NCBI GenBank assembly: GCA_038044745.1
Contig: JBBSZK010000002.1
Coordinates: forward strand, 110,938-174,937
Length of the DNA: 64,000 nucleotides
Source of the DNA: Nanobdellota archaeon
GTDB taxonomy: Archaea > Nanobdellota > Nanobdellia > Pacearchaeales > GW2011-AR1
Reading direction: 5' to 3'
The position numbers and the translations under genes were made by a program. A model generated the notes under the pieces. The model was not told the origin of the DNA. It was given only the letters and a program-made list of their open reading frames with translations, and did not search any database. This document shows positions 50,048 to 60,379 of the stretch, one piece after another (positions within the stretch are counted from its first letter, which is position 1; each line of letters begins with the position of its first letter).

Positions 50048-50620
50048 CTACTTGCCTCGCTTATTCCACGCCCCGACACTCGGGCGAACCTTGTAATGAC
50101 CTTTACTTCTAAATCCTCGGGACTTGCGAGCAGCACTGGTAATTCCTCGTTCTGCCCGGCGACGATTTTTGCGCGAACCTATCCAAGACATAACGGGATC
50201 GTGAGCAATTTCGGGACGATGAGGATCAACCATGATGACTTCAAAAAAGGCATGCTTGCCATCTTTACCAAGAGGATACGAATTAAGCACCTCAAGATTA
50301 GGATACTTGCGAGCGGCACGTATTTCCGCAACCCACTGATAACTCATCTTAAGAATTTTACGATGATACTGCTTTCGTGACTTACGGCCCTTTACTCCTT
50401 GACGTTCACGCTTTCTGCCCCCTCGTAAAACACGTATACGGACCACAACAAAACCTTTCTTAGCCTTATAGCCAAGCGCCCGCGCCCGATCAAGCCGCAA
50501 GGGTTTCTCAACAACGAGCGCAGCATCGCTACGGCGCCATTCAATCATACGCTCTTTAAGCGTCGTATTGTCAGGACGTTTCCATGCCTGTGCGATATAA
50601 TGATACATTCCTTGAGCCAT
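50048..50620 (-). CDS. rpl15e: 50S ribosomal protein L15e
   Basis: RLDRARALGYKAKKG, YPNLEVLNSY, FEVIMVDP. Confidence 0.97.
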   Translation of the reverse strand: MAQGMYHYIAQAWKRPDNTTLKERMIEWRRSDAALVVEKPLRLDRARALGYKAKKGFVVVRIRVLRGGRKRERQGVKGRKSRKQYHRKILKMSYQWVAEIRAARKYPNLEVLNSYPLGKDGKHAFFEVIMVDPHRPEIAHDPVMSWIGSRKNRRRAERGITSAARKSRGFRSKGHYKVRPSVGAWNKRGK

Positions 50621-50654
50621 CTCGTTCTGTGCTAAAACGGATTTTTAAACGTTC

Positions 50655-51050
50655 CTATGGATTATCATTCACGTACACAAGACCATTAGAACGACGCAAA
50701 ACGTTAGTCCCAGGAAGAAACGTTCCGGTAACATTCGTAATAAGCACCGAAAGCGCCTGTGAGCCATCAAGTGTGTGAACGTAAAGTCGACCGTCAACGA
50801 CATCAAGTTCGTAATCGAGATTAACAATCTGCAAAGGTAGCTCAAACGTACGACTATATCCATCAACCGTTGCATGAGCAAAGGCCGTTTCTTCCTGCAC
50901 ACTACGAGCAACCTGCTGGATAGTGAGCATTTGACGTTCGTACAACCGGTCTGAAGACGAAAGAGCAATCGAAGCTAAAAAAGCCACAAAAAAGAACAGA
51001 ACAAAACCTGTAATAATCATAAATTCAACAGAAGACTGCGCACGGTTCAT
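50655..51050 (-). CDS. Class III signal peptide pilin-like protein
   Basis: MNRA/QSSVEFMII plus hydrophobic helix; GYSRTFELP. Confidence 0.85.
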   Translation of the reverse strand: MNRAQSSVEFMIITGFVLFFFVAFLASIALSSSDRLYERQMLTIQQVARSVQEETAFAHATVDGYSRTFELPLQIVNLDYELDVVDGRLYVHTLDGSQALSVLITNVTGTFLPGTNVLRRSNGLVYVNDNP

Positions 51051-51052
51051 AG

Positions 51053-51469
51053 CTAACCCTCTTGAATGAGGACATGATCGTCCTGCGCAATTAATTGTAT
51101 ACGTTTAACACCTTCGCTAGAGGAAAGCGCCCCTTGTAAAGGAACGGCACTCGAGTAAGAAATCGTATTCGATCCTGAATAAGAAGCCACCACAAAAAGA
51201 AGTGCATCGTCATCAACACTCACACTCGAAACGCCAGAAGGAAGATAGATGCGAAGAAGGATGCGAGAAGGCTCCCCAGAATAGAAAACTTCTTCAGAGT
51301 TCGTAACAACAGTTTTCGCAAACCGATTGAGATTGCTAAACCGTATCTGATCTCCAATGCTTGCAGAATAAAAGAGCGCAACCCCCAAAAGTGCAACCAC
51401 GAGGAGAGTTACAAATGAAACAACAATAAGGTATTCAACACTAATTTGCGCTCTTCGTCCGTCGGGCAT
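51053..51469 (-). CDS. Class III signal peptide pilin-like protein
   Basis: RRA/QISVEYLIVV plus hydrophobic helix. Confidence 0.85.
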   Translation of the reverse strand: MPDGRRAQISVEYLIVVSFVTLLVVALLGVALFYSASIGDQIRFSNLNRFAKTVVTNSEEVFYSGEPSRILLRIYLPSGVSSVSVDDDALLFVVASYSGSNTISYSSAVPLQGALSSSEGVKRIQLIAQDDHVLIQEG

Positions 51470-51538
51470 GGCTTCGGTAGGTTTATAAAATAAATCCGAC
51501 ATCTTAATGCGAGGCACGTATTTAAAAGTTAGTAGCCT

Positions 51539-52057
51539 ATGCAAAAAAGAGGAACAGATAAAGTTGTGAGTGTGTTAATAACACTGGTTGTCACAGCTGC
51601 AGTCCTCCACACAGCTGCTCATTTCGCCATCTACGGCACCGGAATTCCAAATATTAACGAGCAGGGTATTTCTGGATTTGCAATCGGAAGCGTAACCGGA
51701 GAGCAAATAAAAACAAACTACGCAAGCGTCTCCTCAACTTCAAAAGCAATTATTATAGGCGAATGGGCGCTTCTGATTCTCCTTATCGTGATAAGTCTTA
51801 TCGGAGAACGCATGCACGTTAAAAAACAGCACATTGCGCTTGAAATAAAAAAATCAATGGACAAATCAAAAACAGATATAGATGTACTATACGACCTTCT
51901 CAAAGAAAAAAAGAAAATAGAACTAAGTACGATTGCTGAAACGTTTAAGATAAGTGAGGAAACCGCAACGGAATGGGCAAAAATATTGGAAGAAGCCCAA
52001 TTAGCAAGCCTGCACTATCCTCGGTTTGGCGAGGCCCAACTAAAAATAAAGGAGTAA
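51539..52057 (+). CDS. Two-TM protein with C-terminal HTH-like domain, first gene of pilus operon
   Basis: Two hydrophobic segments; TDIDVLYDLL...IAETFKISEETATEWAKILE. Confidence 0.7.
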   Translation: MQKRGTDKVVSVLITLVVTAAVLHTAAHFAIYGTGIPNINEQGISGFAIGSVTGEQIKTNYASVSSTSKAIIIGEWALLILLIVISLIGERMHVKKQHIALEIKKSMDKSKTDIDVLYDLLKEKKKIELSTIAETFKISEETATEWAKILEEAQLASLHYPRFGEAQLKIKE

Positions 52058-52059
52058 CC

Positions 52060-53841
52060 ATGAACAAAAAAGAGAAAAACAAATACGCGCAACATTTTGG
52101 GTTACCCGCCCTAAAGCCAGTAGCCCCCGCCCAAGCAAGAACTCCTGAAAAAAGAAGAGAACAGACGTTAAATCACCATGCGCACGAAAAAAAGAGAGAG
52201 CATCATCAAAATGCGACGCATGCCTCTATGCATCAAAAACAACACACACACATCAGCACACATAGACTCCATGAAACCCATGACGTTAAAGCCCCTCATG
52301 TGCACGAACATCAAGAACATCACCTGCAAGTAGCTGCGCACGAAAAAAAAGAAGCAAGCGAAGTTGAACGATATAACATCGAAATGGACAACACACAGGT
52401 TACCGTAATTATACGAAAAACTCCTGAAGGAAATCTGTATGAACTCCAACTCCCTCAGATAAATGTAGCGACCGCCGCTCTTCTAAGAGATATGAGGAAC
52501 GAACTTGTAACCCTCACGTCGGTAAGCATGAAAGAACTCGTCGACCCCGAAGCGTTTTCTGCAATAAAGAAGCGGTTCACAGAAGATGCACGAAAAATGT
52601 TGAAGCAGAAACTACCCGGAATTGGTCAAGAAGTCGAAAGTTTTCTAGTGGGTGTGCTTATCCAAGACATGTTAGGCCTCGGAAAACTTGAGTTTCTTAT
52701 AAACGATTCAGGATTGGAAGAGATTGTAGTGCCCTCCGCTCGCGAGCCCGTGCGCGTCTACAGCAAAAAGTATGGATGGGTCGCAACAAACATAACCATT
52801 GGTTCGGAAGAAGAAATTGTAAACTACGCCAATATTATCGCACGACGTGTGGGCAGGCAAATAACCGTTCTCAATCCGTTGCTTGACGCACACCTTATAA
52901 CCGGTGACCGTATAAACGCAGTACTCTATCCTATAAACACAAAAGGAAGCACAATTACCATCAGAAAGTTTGCGCGTGACCCTTACACAATTATAGATTT
53001 CATAAACAATAAGACATGCGACCTTGACACTGCCGCACTTATCTGGTTGGCCATAGAATATGAAATGAACATTCTCATCTCGGGGGGGACCGGTTCAGGA
53101 AAAACATCTTTTTTGAACGCGTGTATGCCTTTCGTTCCACCCAACCACAGAATCATAAGCATTGAAGACACACGAGAGCTCATGCTCCCAGAATATCTCT
53201 ATTGGACTCCCTTGTCGACCAGAACACCGAACGCGGAAGGGAAAGGAGAAGTAAATATGCTTGACCTTCTCGTCAATTCATTAAGAATGCGTCCCGACCG
53301 AATCATATTAGGAGAAATGAGAAAGCATGAAGAAGCCATGGTGCTCTTCGAAGCAATGCATACGGGGCACTCAGTGTACGCAACCGTACACGCTGACTCT
53401 GCTCCTGAAACCGTCTCTCGCCTCATTAATCCTCCGCTTAATATTCCCGCAAACCTCCTACGAGCAGTACACCTCAACGTGGTAATGTTTAGGGATAGAA
53501 GGAAGGGAATACGTCGTATTCTGCAAATAGCCGAATTTGAAGCAGAAAAAGACACCGCGCACGCGAATATTATTTACAGATGGTCTGCAGAAGAAGACAA
53601 AATAGTAAAACATAGTGAAAGTTCACGGTTCTTTGAAAACGTTGCACGCTCAACAGGCATGTCTTCGAAAGAAATGGACGCTGACTTGGAAGAAAAAAAG
53701 AAAATCCTCGCGTGGGTAGGAAAGAATAATATGCGAAACATTCAACAAGTCGGAAGAATAATGAACGTGTATTACAAAAACAAGGAGCTCCTCAAAGAAG
53801 CGCTGGCAAAAAACAACCCTTCCCTTATCCAAAACGAGTAA
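52060..53841 (+). CDS. Type IV pilus/T2SS assembly ATPase (CpaF/VirB11 family)
   Basis: TITIRKF, GGTGSGKT, SIEDTREL, LRMRPDRIILGE, TGH...TVH. Confidence 0.95.
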   Translation: MNKKEKNKYAQHFGLPALKPVAPAQARTPEKRREQTLNHHAHEKKREHHQNATHASMHQKQHTHISTHRLHETHDVKAPHVHEHQEHHLQVAAHEKKEASEVERYNIEMDNTQVTVIIRKTPEGNLYELQLPQINVATAALLRDMRNELVTLTSVSMKELVDPEAFSAIKKRFTEDARKMLKQKLPGIGQEVESFLVGVLIQDMLGLGKLEFLINDSGLEEIVVPSAREPVRVYSKKYGWVATNITIGSEEEIVNYANIIARRVGRQITVLNPLLDAHLITGDRINAVLYPINTKGSTITIRKFARDPYTIIDFINNKTCDLDTAALIWLAIEYEMNILISGGTGSGKTSFLNACMPFVPPNHRIISIEDTRELMLPEYLYWTPLSTRTPNAEGKGEVNMLDLLVNSLRMRPDRIILGEMRKHEEAMVLFEAMHTGHSVYATVHADSAPETVSRLINPPLNIPANLLRAVHLNVVMFRDRRKGIRRILQIAEFEAEKDTAHANIIYRWSAEEDKIVKHSESSRFFENVARSTGMSSKEMDADLEEKKKILAWVGKNNMRNIQQVGRIMNVYYKNKELLKEALAKNNPSLIQNE

Positions 53842-54722
53842 TGGCATTCAAAATACCTTTCACCCGTGGTCCGCTCGAGAAGTTAAAAAAAAGAGCGGCA
53901 TTCGCTTCTTCGCTTATTTCAAGAAAAAAAGAAACGTCACTTGCAGAGATTCTAAAAAACAATGAGATACCACTCACTCGAGAAGAGTACTTGGGAATCT
54001 GTGCAACAACTGGTATAAAAAATTTTGTCATAGTTTCGATCATAGCAACAACGGGTCTCCTGTTTCTTGGAACAAACAAATTCTGGCTTTATGGAGTAGG
54101 CTTTGGATTGATGATTTCTCTATTCACCTTTGGGCTCCAACAAGCATACCCTTTCATTTACCAAACAAGACGACAAAAGAACATAGAGCGGAACCTCATA
54201 CCCGCTTTAGAAGACATGATGGTACAATTAAATGCGGGCGTACCGCTCTTTAGTATATTAGTAAACATATCTTCCTCAGAATATGGTGAATTAAGCAGTG
54301 AATTTAAGAAAGCGGTAAAAAAGATGAATGCGGGCGTACCTCAAACCGAGGCACTAGACGACCTCGGAAGAAATAACCCTTCGGTATACTTTAGAAGAAC
54401 GCTCTGGCAGATAAGCAACGGTATGAAAGCAGGAAGCGATATTGTGATTGTCATCAGAGAAAGTATGAAGTCGCTTAACCAAGAGCAAGTCCTCCAGATT
54501 CAAACGTACGGCAACAAGTTAAATCCGCTCATCATGTTCTATATGCTTATATCAGTGATATTGCCTGCACTGGCAGTAACGTTTCTCACGATCCTCGCCT
54601 CGATGGTAAACCTTGACAAGGCAACAACCCAGGGATTATTCATCGGAGTATTCGTGTTTATTGTAATAATCCAAGTCATGTTCTTGGGCGTCATAAAATC
54701 GACCCGCCCCAGTTTACTATGA
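53841..54722 (+). CDS. T2SS F / TadC-like pilus membrane platform protein
   Basis: IERNLIPALEDM...AGVPL...YGELSSEF; C-terminal TMs. Confidence 0.9.
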   Translation: MAFKIPFTRGPLEKLKKRAAFASSLISRKKETSLAEILKNNEIPLTREEYLGICATTGIKNFVIVSIIATTGLLFLGTNKFWLYGVGFGLMISLFTFGLQQAYPFIYQTRRQKNIERNLIPALEDMMVQLNAGVPLFSILVNISSSEYGELSSEFKKAVKKMNAGVPQTEALDDLGRNNPSVYFRRTLWQISNGMKAGSDIVIVIRESMKSLNQEQVLQIQTYGNKLNPLIMFYMLISVILPALAVTFLTILASMVNLDKATTQGLFIGVFVFIVIIQVMFLGVIKSTRPSLL

Positions 54723-55633
54723 TACGAGATAACAGCGCGCAAGAGAAGAGCAAAAGATCGCGCCAGATAGTGTATCTGCTCGTAATAGCCTCAATAATTA
54801 TCGGAATCGGCGCATATTACATAACTGGAAGTGCAAAAACGTCGTTGATAACGCTGGTCAGTTCCGTTGCTATCTTGGGCGTTTCCTACTACGCCAATGG
54901 AAAAATGGGCCTCGCAAAAAAAATAAAAAAAATGGAAGATGCGTTCCCCGACTTTCTTGAGCTCATGGCAAGCAACTTGCGTGCCGGAATGACGATAGAT
55001 AAAGCATTGCTTGCAAGTTCACGTGAAGAATTTGCTCCGCTCGACCTTGAAATAATGAAGTTAGGCAAAGACATCGCGACCGGAAAGAATATTGAACGCG
55101 CACTTAAAGAGATGGCCGAGCGTATTAATTCAGAGAAAATACGAAAAACACTTCTTGTTATAATCTCAGGTATAAAAGCAGGAGGTAATCTTGCGGCGCT
55201 ACTTGAGGAAACCGCAATCCACACACGTGAAAGAGGGTTTGTAGAAAAGCGCGCGGCATCAAATGTGCTCATGTATGTCATATTCATATTTTTCGCGCTT
55301 GCCATTGGCGCCCCCGTACTCTTCGGACTATCTGCAGCCTTGGTGCAAATAATAAGCAATTTGCTCGCAACGCTCCCTCCCCTAGAAAGTGCAAACATAC
55401 AAATGCCTTTCACACTTACTCAAATATCAATATCGACCACATTTGTAACTTATTTTTCATTAATATTCCTTATTATGACCAATGTGTTGGGTTCACTCGT
55501 ACTCGGTTCTGTGAGTAAAGGAGAAGAAAAAGCAGGCATAAAATACATTGCGCCCCTAGTAATTATAGGCGTGAGCATATTTTTCATTGTCAAGCAAGTA
55601 CTCTTGACCTACTTTGCAGACTTCTTAGGGTAG
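54719..55633 (+). CDS. T2SS F / TadB-TadC-like pilus membrane platform protein
   Basis: FPDFLELMASNLRAGMT...GGNLAALL; TMs. Confidence 0.9.
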   Translation: MIRDNSAQEKSKRSRQIVYLLVIASIIIGIGAYYITGSAKTSLITLVSSVAILGVSYYANGKMGLAKKIKKMEDAFPDFLELMASNLRAGMTIDKALLASSREEFAPLDLEIMKLGKDIATGKNIERALKEMAERINSEKIRKTLLVIISGIKAGGNLAALLEETAIHTRERGFVEKRAASNVLMYVIFIFFALAIGAPVLFGLSAALVQIISNLLATLPPLESANIQMPFTLTQISISTTFVTYFSLIFLIMTNVLGSLVLGSVSKGEEKAGIKYIAPLVIIGVSIFFIVKQVLLTYFADFLG

Positions 55634-55667
55634 ATAGCTTTTTATAATAAAATCGGCTCGTAGATAA

Positions 55668-56459
55668 GTGAAAAAGAGAAAAAAGACAAAGAACGTGCAC
55701 CACAAGCCTCGATATAAAAATAAAGCGCATTCAAAAAAAGAAAGGCCAAAAAAAACCGAGCGCGTACCAACCGGAATACCTAACTTTGATACCCTGATTG
55801 AAGGAGGATTTGAAAAAAACTCAACCAATTTGTTGATAGGGGGCGCAGGAAGTGGAAAATCAATCTTCGCCATTCAATTTCTAATGAAAGGAATCAAAGA
55901 GGGAGAACCCGGGTTATATATCACATTTGAGGAAACGAAAGAAGAATTCTATGCGAACATGGCACGATTCGGATGGGACCTGCGAAAATATGAGGATGAA
56001 GGAATGTTTGTTTTCCTCGAGTATACACCCGAGCGGGTAAAAACGATGCTTGAAGAAGGTGGAGGTGCAATTGAAAATATAATTCTCAAAGGCAAAATTG
56101 TAAGAGTCGTAATTGATAGCATAACATCGTTCGAACTGCTCTTCGACAACGAGCTTGAAAAACGTGAAGCGACCTTCGAATTGTTTAACATGATAAGTAA
56201 ATGGAACTGCACCGCGGTTGTAACATTTGAAGCGAATATTCGCTCAAGCGATAAACCTGACACAAGAACCATGGAATTTGAAGCAGACTCCATCATTGCA
56301 TTTTATTTTATGCGCGCAAAAAACGAAAGAAAACGATATCTAGAGGTGCTTAAAATGCGAGGAACAAAACACTCAACAAAGATATTTTCGTTTGAGATGA
56401 CAAAAACAGGAATTGCACTCGGGAAAAAAGCATTTACCGGAAAGATAGAAACCTATTGA
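55668..56459 (+). CDS. KaiC/RAD55-like ATPase
   Basis: PTGIPNFD, GGAGSGKS, ITFEE, VIDS, LEVLKMRGTKH. Confidence 0.9.
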   Translation: MKKRKKTKNVHHKPRYKNKAHSKKERPKKTERVPTGIPNFDTLIEGGFEKNSTNLLIGGAGSGKSIFAIQFLMKGIKEGEPGLYITFEETKEEFYANMARFGWDLRKYEDEGMFVFLEYTPERVKTMLEEGGGAIENIILKGKIVRVVIDSITSFELLFDNELEKREATFELFNMISKWNCTAVVTFEANIRSSDKPDTRTMEFEADSIIAFYFMRAKNERKRYLEVLKMRGTKHSTKIFSFEMTKTGIALGKKAFTGKIETY

Positions 56460-56495
56460 CGAGCACTTTAAATAATCACATCCCGAATCTAAAAC

Positions 56496-56981
56496 GTGGT
56501 GAAAAAAAGAGGGCAAGCATGGGGTATGGATGTAACACTTGCAGCAATGATATTTGTTGCAGGAATTGTCGTGTTCTACTTATACACAATTAACTATAAA
56601 TCAGGAGAGGGCCTCGAAGTTGAAGAAGGACGTTTTGAAGCGGGACTTGTGGCTTCAAGCATACTCTCAGAAGGCACACCAGAAGACTGGAATCAGAGCA
56701 GTGTAAGTAAGATAGGCCTTCTTACCCAAGGCCAGATAAACGAGGAGAAATTAGCACAGTTTTACAACATAACACAAACCGACTATAAAAGAACCAAACA
56801 GTTGTTTGGCGTACGATACGACTATTTTGTAAGCCTCTCCGTACCCCTCATGATAGAAGGTTCTCTGCGAGAAGGAATAGGAAAACAGCCCGACGAGAGT
56901 GCGAAAAACACGTTAAAGATAACGAGATTCGCCAACTATCAGAATAAACCCATAACTATTGAGGTGCTCGCGTGGAATTAA
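56496..56981 (+). CDS. Class III signal peptide minor pilin-like protein
   Basis: KKRG/QAWGMD plus hydrophobic helix; GTPEDW. Confidence 0.8.
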   Translation: MVKKRGQAWGMDVTLAAMIFVAGIVVFYLYTINYKSGEGLEVEEGRFEAGLVASSILSEGTPEDWNQSSVSKIGLLTQGQINEEKLAQFYNITQTDYKRTKQLFGVRYDYFVSLSVPLMIEGSLREGIGKQPDESAKNTLKITRFANYQNKPITIEVLAWN

Positions 56982-59900
56982 ACGAAAAAAGAGGCGTATT
57001 TTTTAGTCTTGATGCAATCATTGCATTAGGAATTATCCTTTTGACGATTCTTCTTGCGCACCCTTTTCTCAACGAACCGAAACCAGAAACAGAATTACAA
57101 TCGGATGTAATACAGTCACTTTCTTCACTTAAGATACGTGACCTTGATAGTGTGTACGCACAAGGACTTATCGCGGAAGGGAGTATAACCGAAACCAACA
57201 AATCAGTTCTCGAAGCGCTCGGAGAACTCTATGTAAAAAATGTGACAAAGGCAAAACTGCTCGCAGAAGAAGTACTCAACGAGCTTGAAACAAAAGAAAA
57301 TATAGGGCTCTGGTACGGAAATACACTCCTCACGTCAAGGAATAGTTCTGCCTACGAAAACGCGCAGAAAGTAGAAACCGCGCGCCAGATAATAAGTGGA
57401 ATTCAGGAAGGAGAAAGTGTGACGGGCTTTTCTGCACGAGCATTTTTACAAAGCAAACGACAAACCAAATACGCCTACATTGGAGGATACATCGGAGAAG
57501 GAAACATTACAATCCCTCTCGAATTCAACGGAGTCGCGCTTGAAGCGACGCTTGAAGCAGCAACAAGTGCAAACTTTGACGTATATATCAATAATAATTT
57601 CGTAGGAAGTTACCAAAAATCCCCTTCACAAACCGAACCTCAAAATTATACGCTTGACGTAGTTGCCTTTCAAAATGGAACAAACAATATAACGCTCAGA
57701 GCAGCAAATTTATCGATTGCGGGGGGATTCATCAAACTGGTCTATTTGAGCTCCATTCAATACAAACAGCCCATACGATATCATTTTCCAGGAGTAGAGG
57801 GGGTGGTGAACCTTTATGACGGATTCTATGTACCCGGAACACTCACCGAACTAGCACTTTCGTTACATTACAACAGCGCATATACGGCATTTCTCACCAT
57901 CGGCAACACAACGGTTTTAAGTAATACCACAACTGGCGAGACTACGGTAATCATGACAAACAGCGAGCTTAATGCGCTTCTTGATTACGACTTATTGAGC
58001 AATCGTTCAGTACCGATACGATTCGGCTTAGAAAACCTTTCGCTTATAGGGGAAGGAATCAAAGATATAGACGTGGTGCTCATCACCGACGTGTCGGGCA
58101 GTATGGCCTGGAGAATGGACAACGACAATAACGGAATAACCCGAAGTTGCACTGACCCTCTCATTAACGACCCCTCAACAAGAAGAATTAGTCTGGCAAA
58201 ATGTTTAGACCGCGATTTCGTCGCAACTATCCTTAACAGCAGTGCAGGGAGTCGAGTCGCACTCGTTTCATTTTCGAATGATGCAGACAACTATGTGAGT
58301 TTAACCCATAATCAAACGTTACTTAACGACACTATTTTTTCATACAGTACCGGAGGTGCAACCTGTCTCTCGTGTGCAATAAACAGAGCATACGAAATTC
58401 TTGAAGCCGAAAGCGCCGCAAATCGTACAAAATTCATTATTGCAATGACGGATGGAGTAACCAACCGACGAAGCACAGAAAGCTGTAACGACTTATATGG
58501 GGCAAGCGGCCTAACAAACGCCCACGTACAAGGAAGCGGAGTGAACGGACTCCTTTTGAGAAGAAACGAAACAACAAGTATGTGGCACGCATTACAGCCC
58601 CCTGCAAGCAGCACACTTAACGACATCGATTTGTTCAATGAAACTCTCGGGTTTGCGGTGGGCGCAAATGGAAAAATACTGAAATGGGACGGAAGCGTTT
58701 GGAAAAATGAAACCTCTCCCGTCACATCAACGCTCCATCGTGTAGACGTGTATAATAGGACGTATGCCCTTGCCGTTGGTGCAAGCGGACGAGTAGTGCG
58801 ATGGAACGGTGTAAGTTGGTCACTACTCGCAACACTCTCAAACGCCCCAACTATCTACGGAGTAAGCATGTACAATCATACGCTCATTTTTGCCAGTGGG
58901 ACGCGCAGCAGTTCAGGGCGCATATTCCGCTCGTCCAACGGAGGACAATCATGGAGTGAAACAGAAAATAGCGTTACCGAATACCGTGCCGTAAAAATAA
59001 TTAATGCAACTCGAGCATTCGCAGTTGGAAATGGGGGGAGAATAATGCAATGGTCCTCGGGGAGCACCTGGTCGCAAGTGAGTTCGGGCACATCAGAGAA
59101 CCTCTATGGAATAGATTCATATAACCGTACTAGAGTAATTGCAGTCGGCGGAAACAATGGCAAGGCCATCGCCGTAAGTTATAACGGAGTAAGCTGGAGC
59201 TCCTCGCTTAACACGGGAGGGGACTCGCTGCGAGACATAGTGGTGCTTGACAACACCGTACGAGCAGTAGGGGAAGGAAGCGTTATTTACGAAAGGAACG
59301 CAACAGCCTGGACAAAAATATTCGCCGTGCCTCCCGCCTACGAAGGAATCAGTACGTCAGGAGCCTCATGCACCGCAGATTCAGATAGTTGCACCGAAAT
59401 AAACTCTTTTCCGGGTTTAAACGCGAACTACAGCTCGTGTCGAGCACGAGAATTGATAAATGCGACTATTTACTCAGTAGGCTTTGGGCCAATCGCAACA
59501 TGTGGATTCGCAAACCAATTACTCCAGTCAATAGCACTATGTGGAAATGGCACCTTTTACGCGAGCAGCGATGCAGAAGAATTAAGAGAGTTCTACGAGA
59601 ACATTGCGCAGGACCTTATTCGATTGTCATACAGCGAGCAGACCGCAAAAACAGAAGGAAACATCTCAGCAGTCCTCTACCCTGATTCGTATCTTGAGTT
59701 CAATTACACAGAAACCCCGACCCCGTATGGATTACTTCTTTCATACGAAAAGTTATTTGATAATAGCACATCTGCAACCTTGAGCGTGCCCGAAAACGTA
59801 ACCGTTCTAGACCTTAAGGCACTTTCTTATTCGGGTGCGCGTTGGACATCACAGCTTGCGATAAATCAGCAAATAGCCTATAGTCTCGCGTCTTATGGGA

Positions 59901-60379
59901 CCGACTTCACAAAACGAGGAGACCCGTTCCAAATACACGTCCCCATCGAATACGTAGGGCCAGAAAATAATATCACGTTGGTTACCGGGCTTTCACCCAC
60001 CAACACAAGCGAAGGCTCTCCCCACAACAAACTTGTATATACCTTGCTCAAGAATGCATCGGGGTATTCGCCCATCGTGTCAGTTTCAGAAGGATGCACG
60101 TGGACAATCGACTTCGACAGCGGAACCAATCTCACAACACCCATCCCAAGCAATTATTCTGAAAGCAGTGTATGCGCGTACCAAGCAACCAGTATCTCTT
60201 ATAACCCTAACGATGCTGCTCAGGAAGCAGTCTACCGTCTGTTTGATGGCCTTGACCTCAATAAAGATAATCGAGTAGATGTTGAATTCGCCCGAGACGA
60301 TCTTGAAATAACCCTCACCGAAGTAACGGGAATTCCGTTCACATGGTCAACAGAGGTACAAGTACGCGCATGGCGTTAA
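56972..60379 (+). CDS. Pilin-like adhesin with vWA domain and inserted beta-propeller
   Basis: KRG/VFFSLD signal; DVSGSM and MTDG MIDAS motifs; seven AVG-x-x-G...W repeats. Confidence 0.85.
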   Translation: MELNEKRGVFFSLDAIIALGIILLTILLAHPFLNEPKPETELQSDVIQSLSSLKIRDLDSVYAQGLIAEGSITETNKSVLEALGELYVKNVTKAKLLAEEVLNELETKENIGLWYGNTLLTSRNSSAYENAQKVETARQIISGIQEGESVTGFSARAFLQSKRQTKYAYIGGYIGEGNITIPLEFNGVALEATLEAATSANFDVYINNNFVGSYQKSPSQTEPQNYTLDVVAFQNGTNNITLRAANLSIAGGFIKLVYLSSIQYKQPIRYHFPGVEGVVNLYDGFYVPGTLTELALSLHYNSAYTAFLTIGNTTVLSNTTTGETTVIMTNSELNALLDYDLLSNRSVPIRFGLENLSLIGEGIKDIDVVLITDVSGSMAWRMDNDNNGITRSCTDPLINDPSTRRISLAKCLDRDFVATILNSSAGSRVALVSFSNDADNYVSLTHNQTLLNDTIFSYSTGGATCLSCAINRAYEILEAESAANRTKFIIAMTDGVTNRRSTESCNDLYGASGLTNAHVQGSGVNGLLLRRNETTSMWHALQPPASSTLNDIDLFNETLGFAVGANGKILKWDGSVWKNETSPVTSTLHRVDVYNRTYALAVGASGRVVRWNGVSWSLLATLSNAPTIYGVSMYNHTLIFASGTRSSSGRIFRSSNGGQSWSETENSVTEYRAVKIINATRAFAVGNGGRIMQWSSGSTWSQVSSGTSENLYGIDSYNRTRVIAVGGNNGKAIAVSYNGVSWSSSLNTGGDSLRDIVVLDNTVRAVGEGSVIYERNATAWTKIFAVPPAYEGISTSGASCTADSDSCTEINSFPGLNANYSSCRARELINATIYSVGFGPIATCGFANQLLQSIALCGNGTFYASSDAEELREFYENIAQDLIRLSYSEQTAKTEGNISAVLYPDSYLEFNYTETPTPYGLLLSYEKLFDNSTSATLSVPENVTVLDLKALSYSGARWTSQLAINQQIAYSLASYGTDFTKRGDPFQIHVPIEYVGPENNITLVTGLSPTNTSEGSPHNKLVYTLLKNASGYSPIVSVSEGCTWTIDFDSGTNLTTPIPSNYSESSVCAYQATSISYNPNDAAQEAVYRLFDGLDLNKDNRVDVEFARDDLEITLTEVTGIPFTWSTEVQVRAWR

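Noticed and set aside
49834-50136. Short ORF downstream of rpl15e
   Set aside because: It overlaps rpl15e and has no motif; a gene of about 65-70 aa is possible but unsupported
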